In this document: positions 13,201-24,814 of the stretch, one piece after another | Layout: the number at the start of each line of letters is the position of its first letter | Numbering within the stretch: the first letter of the stretch is position 1 | Origin: Macrostomum lignano | Lineage: Eukaryota | Assembly: GCA_002269645.1 (NCBI GenBank) | Contig: NIVC01003354.1 | Span: forward strand, 38,634 to 102,633 | Reading direction: 5' to 3' | DNA: 64,000 nt | Position numbers and translations under genes: made by a program | Notes under the pieces: model-generated | The model's input: the letters and a program-made list of their open reading frames with translations, nothing else | The model's database searches: none | Told to the model about the DNA's origin: nothing

Positions 13201-15384
13201 ATGCATGTAATTAAGCCACCTAATGTCCTTGAACCATGAATGCATTCTGTTCAGCACGCACATGTACATGTCAGCATGACTATACGGCTATTACTTAATA
13301 GTTGTTCACGTGTCAACGCGCATGGCCAGGCCGGGCATCAAGAAAAAGTGCCTCATTGAACACTTGGGTATCGTGAAGCTTTTCATTATTAACCAGTTTA
13401 ATCCCGTACTGACCGTAGGACCTACTCGTAATGTTACTCCTTGCTTTGACTAGCTAGTGATTATTTGCTGAACCGTACATGTATTATTCTACAAAAAGGA
13501 TGGAACCATGCAGGAAACTAAGTTAGCTGAAGACCTGCAAAATTAACAATAATGGTTTGACCGTCCTAAATTTCATTCAATCTCAGCTGAGGATTAAATC
13601 TTCGGCTAGGGGAAATTCGAAAATCTAAAGTGAATGAGATTTTCAAGCTTTTTGAGCAAGGTTACTGTGTAGAAATCAGACAGGCCTTTTTGGGTGCTAT
13701 TGACTTGGGAATTAGGGTAGAATAGTAATAAGGAGCGGGGCAATTTTTCCCATTATTCCTAGATCAAGCTGCTCACGAGAGATTAGGAAAATAATGTATT
13801 TCATATTTCAAATGCGGCTTAGGGCATGCCGATTATGTCTGGGCAAGCCAAACACAAGAGAAAATGAATTTCTACCACATGCAAAAGCAGAGGGCCGAAG
13901 CTTATAGCGCTGTTTCGTGACTCAAGTGCGCCGTTTGCTGATGACATCGATAGCCATAGCTTTTATCCAGATTGAATTTGCAGGGAATTTGCCGGTGAAG
14001 GCCGGATCCGATTGCCATTTCTTATTAGTGTAGTTTGGAGAGAAGTGTTGAGTTGCTATAAAATGGCAATGGCAAATCGGGTATTAGATGTCACGACCTA
14101 AAAGCAGGCATTCTTACACTTACATAGCTACTCATGTCTAATTGATGCCTTAGTTCTAATTGATTAGAAACTGAGACCTGCTCAATTAGTCTGATGCTTC
14201 CATGCAATGCAATTAGGCCGTACACCGTACATCCAGCTCGCATGGCTTATAGCAATTTCAACATTGAGTTTGTCGAAACTCGTGTTGCATTTCATTTTTG
14301 CATCGCGTCTATATTGCAAAACATATACTACACTTCAACCGAAAAATAACACCGCTAAAAGGCATTCCTTGTTTCGTCTATCATTTTTGCTTCAAACGGG
14401 AAAGGTCAATGAGTACGGGCCGACTTTAATTTCAAGGGCATGTCTGCTCTAAAAGCAAAATCACTCACAACAAAAGCAGAATGACGTGTGCTACGACAAA
14501 ACCCTGTTTAGCATTGTACAAAAAAGCAAATCCTTACACAAAATTCGTTTTGAAAACACAACTGTATAATTGAAAGTTGGAGTTCTTCAATAATATACCA
14601 TTGCAATCTCGATTCTGGCAAAAGTGACTTCAATCGTGGCAAACTCATACATAAAATATAAACCATCCGGCAAATATGCCTGTGTCACCTGTGAGGCACT
14701 ATTGTGAGTCAGCGCGGGGTCCATAGCTCAGCAGGAGTTCGTACTATTACCGGTTCTCTTTATGTCGAGGTCTTTTGTCACTAAAACTAAAGTCACTTTT
14801 GACAAAGTTGAATGCATCACGGTTGAACTGATTCTGCTGCACGATTGGCCACAAGGTTAATGTTTTGTGTATGGGCGAGGCACAATTGATGTCACTTTTA
14901 TTGAAATGGTATACTTTCGCAAAATTTGATCTCCAGAAACTTGATAATCAACCTTGCACGAAACGCATGCCAGGGCATTTTGCAGCAAAAATCGGGGAAG
15001 GCCTCCAGCGAAATTTTTACGATTTGCGAATGCAACGTCCTGCTTTTAGTTGTCCTTGAGCAGAATCCGGACAGCTCCGCGTAGTCAGCCAGCAGGCAGT
15101 CAACGAAATGCCTCGAGTGCACACCCGAGTGCTGTCTGGTAGGGAGGCCTGCTGCCTGAGCAAGCAGCTCGATCTTGAGCAGTATGACTCGGCGCGGATT
15201 ATGCATTTTTCAAAGCTGTTTGGGGCCCGTAGACGACAAAGTATATTGAAGGTAAATGACTAGAACACATTGAAAATCATTTTAGTGGAACTTGTACGTT
15301 CCCTAGAAAGGCTCAATTCAGGGGTTGGCAAAGTTTTTTTACATCAAGGGCCAAATAGAGAACCTAGCGCATGACTGCGGGCCA

Positions 15385-15890
15385 GAGGAAGTGAGGAGGA
15401 GAAGGAATAGAGAAGAGAAATAAGAGAAAGGAGAGAGCGGAGAAGGAGAAGGGAGGAGAGGAGAAGAGAGGAGAGGAGAGGAGAGGAGAAGAGAGGAGAG
15501 GAGAGGAGAAGAGAAGAGAGGAGAGGAGAGGAGAGGAGAGGAGAGGAGAGGAGAGGAGAGGAGAGGAGAGGAGAATAGAGGAGAGGAGAGGAGAGGAGAA
15601 TAGAGGAGAGGAGAGGAGAGGAGAGGAGAGGAGAGGAGAGGAGAGGAGAGGAGAGGAGAGGAGAGGAGAGGAGAGGAGAGGAAAGAAGATGAGAGGCGAG
15701 TAGAGGAGAGGAGAGGAGAGGAGAGGAAGAGGAGAGGAGAGGAGAGGAGTGGAGAGGAGAGGAGATGAGAGAGGAGAGGAGAGGAGAGGAGAGGAGAGGA
15801 GAGGAGAGGAGAGGAGAGGAGAGGAGAGGAGAGGAGAGGAGTGGAGAGGAGGTGATAAGAGAGAGCTGAAAGAAAGAGAGATGAGAAGAG
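15385..15890. repeat. (GAGAG)n purine microsatellite
   Basis: Direct inspection. Confidence 0.98.
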
Positions 15891-15909
15891 ACAAACCTTA
15901 ATTACAATT

Positions 15910-16530
15910 GTCGCCGGGCGGGAAAGCGCTGGGTCCGGACGAGGTGCCCATCGAGGTATTGCGCATCCGCTGTGTGGCCAGTGAGGTCGCCAGAGAGTAG
16001 TGAACCGGCTGCGTGCTCATCGGCGAGGAGGCGCCCAACGAATGCACCACGGAATACATCGCAGCTAATTCCTCAGAAGCCGCGCACCATAACCTTGAGG
16101 AGTATCAGGGCATCTGTCTTCGGTCGTGGAGTAGTGGCGCAAATTCTGGCTTTTCGCTGAGGCATTGAAGAGGCGCGGATGCTCTAGCAGCTCCTGATTG
16201 TTATCTTGGGAATTCGCAGGCATACAGATTTACAGATTCGTAGATTATGTATTCGTCGGTGGATAAAAATGTAGGCTCACGCTCCCAATGGTGGTACCAA
16301 ATCAGCTGGTTTCCGCCATCATGGCGATGTACTGTGACATGAAACTGCGTGTCAACACCGGACGGCCCATCGAGACCGTTCTGCTTGACAGTAAACTCGC
16401 TCGAATAGCCAAATCAAGCTGGTCTACAACTCGTCGACTTCAAGATCGGCGACAAACGAATTCCAACATGGCACTGTATCAGCGTCCAAGTGACCTGTTG
16501 TGCCATCGGCGACTCCAACTGGTTTTAGGC
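15910..16530 (+). mobile_element. Decayed, internally deleted RTE-clade retrotransposon fragment nested in the hAT element
   Basis: SPGGKALGPDEVPIEVLRIR (KAxGPD pre-RT motif), VPNQLVSAIMAMYCDMKLRVNTG and NMALYQRPSDLLCHRRLQL (RTE C-terminal motif), interrupted by stops and frameshifts. Confidence 0.75.
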
Positions 16531-17006
16531 TTCTGTCAATGGTCTTTACTTCTGTCAACTAACTAATCCTTGCCACTATCCCCAGCTCCATCAACAGTAT
16601 TCAGGGCCTCGCGACTATGGCAATTTAATAATTATTTAAACACAAGAACTGACACAGCATTTTTTTTTGATTTAAGTTACTGATCTCTGGTTCAATTTTC
16701 TCAATTTACTTCAATTTATTATTTAGTTCAAGTGCATCGATAGCAGAATCAAAGCAAGTAAGTGGTTAGCTTTTACATTCAGGACTGATTAGCAGTTTAC
16801 AACAGATGTATTCATGCAACAGCAGACACTAGGATTGAAGTAAAAGGCGAGAAGATGCTTAGATGAAGGTGCGATCAATATAGAGTTTTCTGTTGTGTTG
16901 AGATTATAGGAATAACTAGTGGATTTGAGGAAGCGGAATAACTTTTCAACATGCATATGTCTTTCACGTTTCAGTTTCTGGCTTTCAGAATTCAGTAACC
17001 ATGATG

Positions 17007-17324
17007 TTAGTGGTGATGGTCGTCATGATGGTGGTGATCGTCGTCATGATGGTGGTGATGGTCGTCATGATGGTGGTGATGGTCGTCATGATGGTGATGA
17101 TGGTCGTCATGGCGGTGATGGCCGTCATGGTGGTGCAGGTGATGGTCGTCATGGTGATGGCTGTCATGGTCGTGATGATGGTCGTCGTGGTGGCGATGGT
17201 CCTGGCTTTGGCCGTTATTGGCTAGGTCGAAGAGCATCTTGCCAGTACTGATGGCGTCGGCTTTGGTTAGCAGGGCAGCGGCGCTCATCAGGACGACTGC
17301 CAGAAGTGCGAAATACGAGCCCAT
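17007..17324 (-). CDS. Secreted histidine/aspartate-rich peptide (105 aa; signal peptide plus poly-His/Asp tail), putative metal-binding protein
   Basis: MGSYFALLAVVLMSAAALLTKADA is a hydrophobic signal peptide with an A-D-A cleavage site. The last 64 residues contain 40 His and 19 Asp in DDHHHHH-type units with mixed CAT/CAC codons. Intronless CDS. Confidence 0.72.
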   Translation of the reverse strand: MGSYFALLAVVLMSAAALLTKADAISTGKMLFDLANNGQSQDHRHHDDHHHDHDSHHHDDHHLHHHDGHHRHDDHHHHHDDHHHHHDDHHHHHDDDHHHHDDHHH

Positions 17325-19267
17325 TGCTTGCGGGTGGTGCCAGTGATACCGTGGTACCCTCGTATCTATCAGATTCGGAAATTAGCTCAAATGCTGCTGC
17401 AGCTCTCACTTAAACTGCTGCGCTCGAGACTCAGCCCATCGAACCGGTCTGCACAGTCAGTTTTGTCTGTGTAAACAACCCTGGTGTTAATGCTGCAATA
17501 CGTCCATGGCAGCATTGGGAACGAAACTGTCTTCTTAAACAGATATTTATTTTATTGTCAATGCATTTCAGCGCAGAATTTAATAGAGGTTTTGCTGTAG
17601 GCTGACTGTAGTTAAATGTACTTTTTTAGATCAAAAGACTTTAAGAAGCAGCACACAGAACTGATGTCCCCGATTGCTTAGTTGTATACGTGGGCATGCA
17701 AAACAATTGGACAACAACAACACATGATTTTGTTCATGAATTCGTACGCACCGCGCCCGTCAGACAGTGGCTATTTATGAACAGCTGTGTGTTTTTTGTA
17801 GACGTCTTACATATGATATGTCGCACTTTGACAGTAAAAGCTATAGTGCAGTACATGTAAATGGGCGGATATACTCGTAAGTGGGCCGGATTGCCATTGT
17901 GAAGTTTCAAAGGACCCGAGGGCCGGATAGAGAGGCTTCGCGGGTCGCGTGTGGCCCACAGGCCGGAGTTTGCGGACCCTTGGCTAAATTGATGGCTTTA
18001 ATTTTTACAGTGAATAATACAAACATATTTTTTGGCTAGGACTACGCGTGAGTGGTGACCTTAGCTTTACTCGTAGCTTCTGTGACCATCTAATGTCAAG
18101 GAAATCAGCCCTAGGCAGCTGCTATTCGTCGATTATTTACTTTGCATCGAAACTAGCGACTCACCCGTTCCATGCGCTACATGTAATACCAACGGGATTG
18201 AATAGACAAATGTACTATTACGCCATCGACTTCCAGACTCTCAGCCTGTCCCGGATCTCGCGGTACTCCGCTAACTAATAAATAAAAAGCGAGCTGACGG
18301 CCACGCATTGCCGCGTTGGTCATGCTGTTTTGAGCCCATTAGGCACTCGCCATAGTGGAGTAGTGGAGTATCTCACACACCACAGCCTCTCTGGCCGCGA
18401 AGCCAGCCGTCCCTGGGGGACTGCGATTATCAAATTCCGCTCGTTTTCTTGCTGCTCCGTTGCTGCCGCTCCCGTCTGTAGCTACTGGCTGGTACATGCG
18501 ATTATTCGCTTAGAGAATCAAGCGGAGATCGAGTAGCTGCATCAATGCCGGCAGGTGATCCCCTTGGGGATTTTTGTCGAATCGACGCTGTAATTTCTAG
18601 GGGAAAACGAACCTTGTTTAAGCGTGTGCTGAGTAACAAAGTAAGCCTGCCGAACTACATTTTGTTTTTTGTTGCAATTCTAAGATGTCAACAACCCAAG
18701 TCGAGAGATGGCAAATCAAGACAGAGGAAATTCAAAACACAGGACAACAAATTCAAACTGATATTTTGTTTTATTTTTCTACAGATCATTTTAATTCATC
18801 CCAGAATATTCAGACACATAAACATAAATGATACTCATCATGAAATTCCCACCGAGAAAAGGACGGAGAAATATTCGCGAGTTGCAGAAAACGTACAGAT
18901 ACAAATATCGCAACCCTAAAATAGTATACATAAACAAAATTAAATGAAACAATGCTTTACCGTTTTAGCAGACTCTGAAATTTTAGTTTTCATCACTTAA
19001 GATTGGCAAGATAATTTTCTGCACACACAACGGCTGTCACTAAAAGGGTCTTTTCTTGTCACCGAAACAACTGCAAGCAATCCCTTCGCAGACAGCGGAG
19101 AGGTAAGCAACTTTGATACGTACGCAGGCAAACGCTCATGCAGGGTGCACATCGGCCCTGAAGTTCTTCATCGCTATGGGATGTACATGTACATACACAC
19201 TAATCTTAAAGGATTGACTCTTGTGGGCAAAAATTTAACGGCTACGGCTCCCCCGCAGCAGTCCCGG

Positions 19268-19915
19268 CATGCATGGAGATGGCACCGCGGCTTCTGATCC
19301 TGTCCCCATCATGCATGGAGATGGCACCGCGGCTTCTGATCCTGTCCCCATCATGCATGGAGATGGCACCACAGCTTCTGATCCTGTCCCCATCATGCAT
19401 GGAGATGGCACCGCGGCTTCTGATCCTGTCCCCATCATGCATGGAGATGGCACCGCGGCTTCTGATCCTGTCCCCATCATGCATGGAGATGGCACCGCGG
19501 CTTCTGATCCTGTCCCCATCATGCATGGAGATGGCACCACAGCTTCTGATCCTGTCCCCATCATGCATGGAGATGGCACCACAGCTTCTGATCCTGTCCC
19601 CATCATGCATGGAGATGGCACCGCGGCTTCTGATCCTGTCCCCATCATGCATGGAGATGGCACCGCGGCTTCTGATCCTGTCCCCATCATGCATGGAGAT
19701 GGCACCGCGGCTTCTGATCCTGTCCCCATCATGCATGGAGATGGCACCGCGGCTTCTGATCCTGTCCCCATCATGCATGGAGATGGCACCGCGGCTTCTG
19801 ATCCTGTCCCCATCATGCATGGAGATGGCACCGCGGCTTCTGATCCTGTCCCCATCATGCATGGAGATGGCACCGCAGCTTCTGATCCTGTCCCCATCAT
19901 GCATGGAGATGGCAT
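19268..19915. repeat. Minisatellite, 42 bp (atgcatggagatggcaccgcggcttctgatcctgtccccatc)
   Basis: About 15 near-perfect copies. Explains four overlapping repeat ORFs. Confidence 0.98.
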
Positions 19916-21518
19916 TATCCTAACCCTGGATTTCTAAATTCTTTCGGACCTGCTTTGCTAGTATAAAAGAAACTTTAAAACGGTAGAAACTTTAAAGTAA
20001 AATAAAAGTGCAAAGAAGAGAACTGTATTGCAGAAGCAATTTATTTAATATCGTTGATTAATTATTATTTAAATCCCTTTGTTTAGGTGGGTGAATATTA
20101 ACAGTGGGCTACCCGAAGCTTAAAAAATACCTGCGCGATTCGCAGCGGCTGTTTGGGGCTTCCCGAATTTTTATCGTTAGAACACACAAGAAAGAATGTT
20201 AGGAAAATGAACGCATATTATTGAGATAGCGTGTGCGGCAGGACAAAAAGCACAAAGCGGAACACAGAGGGCCATAGTTAATGCCTTTATAGAAAGGGCT
20301 ACCGCCCGCTAATTCGCAAGTTAATCCCTATTTTTCAATATTGATTACAAAGCATAAATTTTGCGTAGAAGGGAAAAATACAGAGAAAAAGAACAATGCT
20401 TACGAATGTATTGAATTCTTTGCTTCATTTTCTGAGAGTAGGCTAGAGCTACTGCCAACGGGCCAGATCACCATACTGCTCTATTATACTGGACCTCGCG
20501 TTCAATATGACAGTTCCTTGATACAGTACGAGTGGCTCACAGATGACAGAAATGGGGGGATAGAAAATAAACACGATGGGAGGAAACTTCAGATTCAAGA
20601 ATCTCGCGAAAGTTTGCACAATTATTTTGTTTACGAGTGTATGAACAAAGATGAATAGAATGGATACTATATAATTTCTTAATAAATTACTTCTTTTTAA
20701 AAATTTACCTCTTGACTATCAAGCAATGACTGTTCTTCAAGCTTAAAAGGAATTCAAACGTCCATCTGGTGTAGATTAGCAATCCGTTCTATTCCTTCTT
20801 CCAGATGAGGCACTGGATTTTTTCTTAGAAATTGTCAGCAATCCTTCAGAGCGCCTTCAGCGACGCTCGCTAAAGGACATACCGTGTGCGACAAGCAGCC
20901 TGCTGCTGCTCACGCATGCATAGCAGGGGCAAAGCAGAACCACTTCAGAAGCAATAGAAAGATAATTTCTGCCTTTTTGTAGTATCAAGTGCAAAAGAGC
21001 TGCAATTTTGATTTACATTCATTCACTTTGTGGATGCCGCATTTTAGTATTTTAGTAATACGCACTTACCGTATAAATATTGAGAGAACTATGACTGTCA
21101 GTTAAGAGCTGGATATAAGTAAAATATTGATTATAGAAGCCGATAAGAACAGTGAGATGGAGGATGATGGGACGCTGTGATTTACAACAGCAGTCGCATA
21201 ACCTGCTGGTCGAATAAAAGCAACTGCTTACTGTAGGTAGGCCATGCACTTTAAATCAAATAGAGCGAAAAGCAAACGGATTTGACTTCGTGCTCGCTTT
21301 TTTTAGTGAAACTGTTTACTAAAGCCGTCTTCAGTCAATTCGGAATTTCCTTCCAGAAAGTTTCAGCCATTTCCAATCAATCACCCTGATTGCAATGTAA
21401 ATTCTCGGGAGGTGAGGAGGGTGAACTCTCTAGGACGTTTACCCTGAGCATGAGAATTGATCTTGAAAATCACTCAGTCGTCCTTTACAAGTAAACACAA
21501 ACAGATCCAATCCCACGT

Positions 21519-21675
21519 CTGTCGCTATTGGTTGAGAGCCAGTCACGTGACAACTGCTTCGTTCAATAGCGACGCACATGACCTTGGAAACCACACAGTC
21601 GTCCTCACAATAATATACGCGTGCCTGTCGCCATTGGTTGAGAGCAGTCACGTGACTACTGTTTCGTCCAAAAGC
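21519..21675. promoter_or_regulatory. Duplicated CCAAT-box plus E-box module (ATTGG-N9/10-GTCACGTGAC) x2
   Basis: ctgtcgctattggttgagagccagtcacgtgac at 21519 and ctgtcgccattggttgagagcagtcacgtgac at 21625. Function not demonstrated; could be transposon subterminal DNA. Confidence 0.35.
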
Positions 21676-21777
21676 CCGCGCGTGTCTTATCAATAGGTGC
21701 GGTTAATTCTGAATGGAATATTTCAAGAATTGTGTAATGGGCACGGAATTTTCTAAACGGAATGATATAATTAATAA

Positions 21778-22038
21778 GTGCAACCGACAGCTCAGCCGCA
21801 GCCATTGCGCGGCGCATCTGAAGGCTGCGTACGGCTGTTCAGTCCAAGGACTGGGGGGTCGCCACACACCCTCAATTACCCCAGCTAATGCTGGCACCCA
21901 TTTTACAGCTGGGTAAACTGAAGCAATGCAGAGTTAAGTGTCTTGCTCAAGGACACAAATTGCTCCAGTGGGATTCGGGAATCGAACCCATGACCTTCAA
22001 GTCGTGAGTCCGACGCTCTGACCACTGGGCTACAACCC
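21778..22038 (-). mobile_element. tRNA-derived CORE-like SINE, copy 2 (most complete head)
   Basis: The minus strand reads ggggttgTAGCCCAGTGGtcagagcgtcggactcacgacttgaaggtcatgGGTTCGATTCCcg (Pol III A and B boxes). It is followed by gtgtccttgagcaagacacttaactctgcattgcttcagtttacccagctgtaaaatggg (CORE-like). Confidence 0.9.
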
Positions 22039-22422
22039 CCCTCAAAACGGAATACAGGGACGACCCGCAACCGTTCCCATCCTTTCTTGCGTACTATCGA
22101 ATATAGCTATAACTGCGAAGACAAATCCAATTTACTAATCCAGAGTGATAAGAACTTTGAAAAACCTTCAGAGAAAGATTTAAAATAAAAGGAAGAAATG
22201 GAGACAAAGAGGACACAAAAAGTACACAGACTGGGTGGAGACGGCAATTGCAATTCAAACAGGCTTCAGTCGATATCCAGTCAGCTATCCAGAACAGTAA
22301 AAATAAATATTTCAGTTAGGATACGTCGCAGGGAAAAGCAGCTTATCAGAGCTGGAGCCCGGCTGAAGCTGGGGATGCTGGGGCTCGAAGTTCGTGGAGA
22401 CAAGGGGCTGGCGGCTGGCTGA

Positions 22423-22611
22423 TCACTCGGCGGGCTCGTCCGCCAGCAGCATGGAGTAGAGCTGCTTGTCCGCCATGCAGCCCTTCATGAACTCCTCGCG
22501 GCACAACACGCCGTCGCCGTTGTCGTCCATCTTGTCGAAGATCTCCTCGGTACGAGCCTCCGGGCTCATGTCTACGTTGGACTCGTCTGCGCCCAGCATG
22601 CTGTAGATTGC
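22423..22611 (-). CDS. ncs-2: Neuronal calcium sensor (NCS-2-like), coding exon 3 of 3 (EF-hand 4, stop)
   Basis: Acceptor ctgcag|GCA. Translation AIYSMLGADESNVDMSPEARTEEIFDKMDDNGDGVLCREEFMKGCMADKQLYSMLLADEPAE*; 189 nt, phase 0. Confidence 0.93.
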   Translation of the reverse strand, partial: AIYSMLGADESNVDMSPEARTEEIFDKMDDNGDGVLCREEFMKGCMADKQLYSMLLADEPAE

Positions 22612-22689
22612 CTGCAGAGATTGCCGGTTCGGGTTCGGGGTTGTAGGCAGGATTCGAGTCCCCAGTACTCAACTGCATGGGACAGTAAG

Positions 22690-23345
22690 ATGCTGGGCAC
22701 TGGGATTGCTAGAATGCTGGGCACTGGGATTCTGAGCACTGGGATTCTGAGCACTGGGATGCTGAGCACTGGGATTGCTAGAATGCTGGGCACTGGGATG
22801 CTGAGCACTGGGATACTAGGATGCTGAGCACTGGGATTGCTAGAATGCTGGGCACTGGGATTGCTACAATGCTGGGCACTGGGATTGCTACAATGCTGGG
22901 CACTGGGATTGCTACAATGCTGGGCACTGGGATTGCTAGAATGCTGGGCACTGGGATGCTGAGCACTGGGATGCTGAGCACTGGGATGCTGAGCACTGGG
23001 ATGCTGAGCACTGGGATGCTGAGCACTGGGATGCTGAGCACTGGGATGCTGAGCACTGGGATGCTGAGCACTGAGATGCTGAGCACTGGGATGCTGAGCA
23101 CTGAGATGCTGAGCACTGGGATGCTGAGCACTGGGATGCTGAGCACTGGGATGCTGAGCACTAGGATGCTGAGCACTGGGATGCTGAGCACTGGGATGCT
23201 GAGCACTGGGATGCTGAGCACTGGGATGCTGAGCACTGGGATGCTGAGCACTGGGATGTTGAACACTGGGATGTTGGGATACTGAGCGCTGGGATGAGAT
23301 GGCAATGGGATGGCAATGGGATGGCAATGGGATGGCAATGGGATG
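22690..23345. repeat. Composite intronic minisatellite: 15-bp (gggatgctgagcact) and 24-bp variant, then 11-bp (gggatggcaat)
   Basis: Direct inspection; NCS intron 2 near the acceptor. Confidence 0.95.
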
Positions 23346-24149
23346 GCTGGAGCACATGGTTGCTGTTCAAGCTTTTCAGTATGTCAGTGCTTCATACATA
23401 CGACACCTTTTGCTCTCTCAATCCCTCATTCTTGCATGCCTCTACTAGCTAGCGTGCTCAAAGACTCTGGCGTGCTCAAATTTAATTGCATCCCAACTTG
23501 TGCAGAGCTGAGCCGATTTCGCTGCACCGTCGAGAGAGAGAGAGAGAGAGAAAGAGAAGGCGAAGAGGCGGCTAATCCCCCACGCTGCGAGTACTCAGAC
23601 CCGTTGCCAGGACCGCTTGAGCTCGGTACGAATTTTGGATTGGAAAGAAAAGGAAGCCGATGAAGCTGATTGAAACTGAAGGATTCTGGGGCTGTCTGAC
23701 GAATCGATTCTGCTTGCATGCATTCCTTGCTCATCCCCGCTTGTACCTTCTGGCTCTGGGCTTCGAAAGATGCCCGCCTGCAGTCAGCCTGTCAGCCAGT
23801 CCCGCATAAGCTCTGACAGCCGGCGCGTACCTAAGAGGCCGGATTATTTTCGGGGATTAAACTCCCAACACCTGCTCAAGCCCGCCTGCCAGGCAGCTGG
23901 CATGCCTCACTGATTGCGCCCCGTTAGCTCCCGAATTATCCCAGCAGTCTGTTTCTCTGAGTCTTTTATGGCTTGTGTTGGCCCGCGATGCAGAAACACG
24001 CGCCGACTGCTTTGTGGTCTGTTGGTGAGCGTTTCTATGGAATCTGTACAAACTGTGCGGCAGTGAGCGGCCTGGCCTGCATCCGAGTGACAGCTTCATT
24101 GCTTATTTTGTCTTGCGGGAGTCTTGATAGGCGCTTGTGGTAGGGTCTT

Positions 24150-24430
24150 TTCAGCGCCATGTGCTACACTCCTTGTGGCGCCATGCTATTCTTCTTTGTG
24201 GCGCCATGCTATTCTCCTTGTGGCGCCATGCTATTCTCCTTGTGGCGCCATGCTATTCTTCTTATGGCGCTATGCTATTCTTTTTGTGGTTTCATGCTAT
24301 TCTCCTTGTGGCGCCATGCTATTCTCTTTGTGGCGCCATGCTATTCTTCTTTGTGGCGCCATGTTATTCTCCTTGTGGCGCCATGCTATTTTTCTTGTGG
24401 CGCCATGCTATTCTCCTTGTGGCGCTGTGT
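24150..24430. repeat. Intronic minisatellite, 22 bp (ttgtggcgccatgctattctcc)
   Basis: About 12 copies ending ~15 nt from the NCS exon 2 donor. Confidence 0.95.
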
Positions 24431-24446
24431 GCTAAAAAAGCCTCAC

Positions 24447-24719
24447 CTTGATGATCTCGACCATCTCAGACCGCTCAATGCTGCCGTTGCCGTCAATGTC
24501 GTACATCTGGAAGGCCCACTCCAGCTTCTCCTGGGGCTTGCCGCCAGAAGTGATGTTGATGGCCAACAGGAATTCTTTGAAGTCAATCTTGCCAGAGTTG
24601 TCTTTGTCGAATGTGCGGAACACGTGGGTGCAGAACTCCTCGGCATTGCCGTCTGGGAAGAAGCCGGAGTACACCTCGATGAACTTCTTCTTGCTGAGCT
24701 GGCCTGATGGACAGTCACG
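24447..24719 (-). CDS. ncs-2: Neuronal calcium sensor (NCS-2-like), coding exon 2 of 3 (EF-hands 1-3)
   Basis: ccctcag|CGT ... AAG|gtgagg; 273 nt. Translation [91 protein letters not shown]. The CP motif in EF1 and canonical DxDxxGxI loops are diagnostic of the NCS family. Confidence 0.96.
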
Positions 24720-24814
24720 CTGAGGGTAAATGGGGTTGAGAATGTCTTTGTTTCCTGTTTGCCTGCCAGAGAAGAAAGGAGAACGGGTAGATTCAACCGT
24801 GATAAAGGGAAAGT

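Larger units (their letters stand above)
15319..17982. mobile_element. Non-autonomous hAT (Charlie/MER58-like ends) DNA transposon with ~2.5 kb of internal passenger sequence
   Basis: Left end caggggttggcaaa (15319-15332) and right end tttgcggacccttg (17969-17982; reverse complement caagggtccgcaaa) match at 11/14. Flanking 8-mers gctcaatt (15311-15318) and gctaaatt (17983-17990) match at 7/8, consistent with a hAT TSD. Subterminal aagggccaaata/gcgggccaga and gggccggat..ggcccacaggccggag motifs are typical of this group. Confidence 0.85.

Noticed and set aside
12999-13214. 71-aa ORF MAESGAKFSVELFSPLIDG.. as a possible first exon
   Set aside because: No homology recognised and no clear downstream exon.
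14898-15206. ORF vaguely like a P-element/THAP9 transposase C-terminus
   Set aside because: No diagnostic motif could be confirmed by eye; needs an HMM search.
16985-17251. Alternative-frame ORFs over the His repeat (Met/Val-rich, Gly/Asp/Arg/His-rich, Thr/Ile/Met-rich)
   Set aside because: Shadows of the His/Asp repeat; only the 17007-17324 frame has a credible signal peptide and start context.
19235-19937. Four overlapping ~220-aa repeat ORFs (MHGDGTAASDPVPI etc.)
   Set aside because: The 42-bp unit is a multiple of 3 and happens to lack stops in several frames on both strands. There is no signal peptide, splice context or synonymous variation pattern favouring one frame.
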